Virus record (IMG/VR): IMGVR_UViG_3300045988_154953
Source of the DNA: a virus
Strand: one strand, 5' to 3'
Length of the DNA: 64,000 nucleotides
Part shown: piece after piece, positions 62,669 through 64,000 of the stretch
Position numbering within the stretch: the stretch's first letter is position 1
How the letters are laid out: each line of letters starts with the position of its first letter
Notes under the pieces: model-generated
Seen by the model: only the letters and a program-made list of their open reading frames with translations
Told to the model about the DNA's origin: nothing
The model's database searches: none
Program-made: the position numbers and the translations under genes

Positions 62669-63106
62669 ATGGAATTAGTTAATATAAATTTATTCGCTGA
62701 AGGATTTTATTCAGGAAGTATATATGAAGATAATATTTGGATCAAAAAATCTTCATATGAAAAATTAACAGATAATTTTCCAACTGAAATTTACATCGGT
62801 GATTTAGATGGGAAATATAGTGAAGTAGAAGGTAATATTAAAATTCAAAATTATTGGCACACAGATGAAGAATATGCGAAAAGCCTGTCAGACCATGAAA
62901 ATGACGGTGATTACCTTAAAGATTCTTTGATCAATTTATACGAAGAAAATGGTCTTGACTGGGAAGCGGAGCAACAAGAAATCAAAGAATATTTTGATGG
63001 TATTGATGTTTGGAAAACCATAGAAGTTTTTATCCTATCCAGCAAAGTCGATAAATTAAATAAATTCGTTAAAACTTTAATAAATCAAGGTAATAATAAT
63101 GATTGA
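62669..63106 (+). CDS. hypothetical protein
   Basis: ORF 62627..63106; ATG 62669 (or 62663) after the upstream stop. Confidence 0.55.
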   Translation: MELVNINLFAEGFYSGSIYEDNIWIKKSSYEKLTDNFPTEIYIGDLDGKYSEVEGNIKIQNYWHTDEEYAKSLSDHENDGDYLKDSLINLYEENGLDWEAEQQEIKEYFDGIDVWKTIEVFILSSKVDKLNKFVKTLINQGNNND

Positions 63107-63299
63107 TACAGAAATTAAATTAAGAGGATCTGCCGCAAAAGAATTTCATAAGATGATGACTTCCGTGGATATTGATTCACTGAATGCAAGAGATAAATTC
63201 ATTTCAAATTTGAATTATGATGTTGATGAAAATGGCATACTATCAATTGATATCTATGATTTAGATATTGATTTAAGTGTTATGCAAAATGAGTTTTAG
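63099..63299 (+). CDS. hypothetical protein
   Basis: 8-nt overlap with the upstream gene. Confidence 0.5.
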   Translation: MIDTEIKLRGSAAKEFHKMMTSVDIDSLNARDKFISNLNYDVDENGILSIDIYDLDIDLSVMQNEF

Positions 63300-63320
63300 T
63301 AGAGTAAACGAGGTAAATAT

Positions 63321-63542
63321 ATGGTAGGTACATTAAAAGAAATCACAGAAAATTATGAAAAACTACATAGACTTGAGATGATAAATACTATTCTTAGAAG
63401 GACATCAGAATATGTCAGCGATATAGTAGGAAGAGTATGTGATGATTTCGATGATTGCGAAGAATTTGAGGATTATATCACAGAGAGTGTGATTAAACAT
63501 GTCAAAGAAAATTTTGAAGTTTTAGAAAAATATATTAAATAA
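63321..63542 (+). CDS. hypothetical protein
   Basis: tiled + strand ORF behind CGAGGTAA. Confidence 0.5.
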   Translation: MVGTLKEITENYEKLHRLEMINTILRRTSEYVSDIVGRVCDDFDDCEEFEDYITESVIKHVKENFEVLEKYIK

Positions 63543-63561
63543 ATACAAATGGAGAAAAATT

Positions 63562-63828
63562 ATGGAAATGATTTGTGTTGCCAAATGTACAGCGATTCAT
63601 AAAGAATCTAAGGCTCAGGGATTCTCCACTTTAAAAGTTGGAGATGTTGTTTACTTTTCAGCTGAACTTGCTGCCACTGGAAGAAGTAACAATGGAACAT
63701 ATGCAGCGTATGTTTGTATCGAAAATGAAAGAACATCAGAAATAGGGTATAAATCTTTTAATGAGCTTGGACGTTTACTTAGTAACTTCGAATTCGAACA
63801 GCTAAATGATAAAGAGGTAACTATATGA
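63562..63828 (+). CDS. hypothetical protein
   Basis: tiled + strand ORF behind TGGAGAAA. Confidence 0.55.
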   Translation: MEMICVAKCTAIHKESKAQGFSTLKVGDVVYFSAELAATGRSNNGTYAAYVCIENERTSEIGYKSFNELGRLLSNFEFEQLNDKEVTI

Positions 63829-64000
63829 AAATTCTAACAAGATTATTTACGAAGAATTTCACAAAACTTCCTCTGTTTTGGGTTACATTCAACTGGCAGC
63901 TATTCAAAACGAATGGCTCCAGAGGTTCTTGTATGTGTCATACCCATCCATGTTTAAAAAATGATGAACACATTATAAAAACTTTGAACGGATTATGTGA
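63825..64000 (+). CDS. hypothetical protein, N-terminal part (3' end outside window)
   Basis: ATGA overlap with the upstream stop; frame open to the window edge. Confidence 0.45.
   Translation, partial: MKILTRLFTKNFTKLPLFWVTFNWQLFKTNGSRGSCMCHTHPCLKNDEHIIKTLNGLC

Noticed and set aside
1-64000. Genetic code 4 (TGA = Trp), suggested by the in-frame TGAs at 37223 and 21626
   Set aside because: TGA clearly terminates many genes here, often in ATGA or TGATG overlaps with the next start (for example 973-975, 2978-2980, 8843-8845, 21021-23, 26023-25). Trp is encoded by TGG throughout. I found no tRNA with a UCA anticodon.

Overview
Strongly AT-rich window. Essentially every credible gene is on the + strand, as about 150 short, tightly packed or overlapping ORFs, many with GGAGG-type RBSs. 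This layout fits the early/auxiliary region of a large phage, or a phage-plasmid, of a low-GC Firmicute. Most products are unrecognisable small proteins, many of them Zn-ribbon-like.

Recognisable genes:
- Replication and DNA handling: DnaN-like sliding clamp, NAD-dependent DNA ligase, orphan C5 DNA methyltransferase.
- Plasmid-like cassette: RepA_N-type initiator with seven 23-bp iterons inside the gene, tyrosine recombinase, DGYHR (DndB-like) protein.
- ParB/Srx-fold proteins: four in total, namely DUF262, a ParB-like protein, the DGYHR protein above and a decayed DGQHR gene.
- Mobile elements: three IS200/IS605-type TnpB elements in different states of decay. One splits a phage gene.
- Membrane/stress block: P-type Ca-ATPase-like pump, TerF-type vWA, TerD, PspA-like protein.
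- Others: ClpP-like protease, an RNA ligase + P-loop kinase/HD 'heal and seal' pair, an orphan HicA.

Most unusual feature: a 2.37-kb ORF-free RNA locus (47012-49384) plus its trailer (50939-51064). It runs from one strong promoter to one terminator and contains:
- two canonical tRNAs;
- a family of tRNA-like units with no pairable anticodon stem;
- at least 10 copies of an apparently new RNA module, a helix strand followed by ACAGCAA. Copies are either stand-alone and wedged between tRNA bodies at fixed 2-3/6-nt spacing, or sit in place of the anticodon loop of four tRNA bodies in a permuted topology.

The array encloses a gene for a large helical + vWA/MIDAS protein (Ro60/TROVE-like layout).

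A second recurrent signal is an 18-nt motif, ARACTAATCAATWTAATT. It has 12 direct copies at gene-cassette boundaries and often absorbs the upstream stop codon.

All calls come from reading the sequence and the ORF track. No database search or folding program was run.
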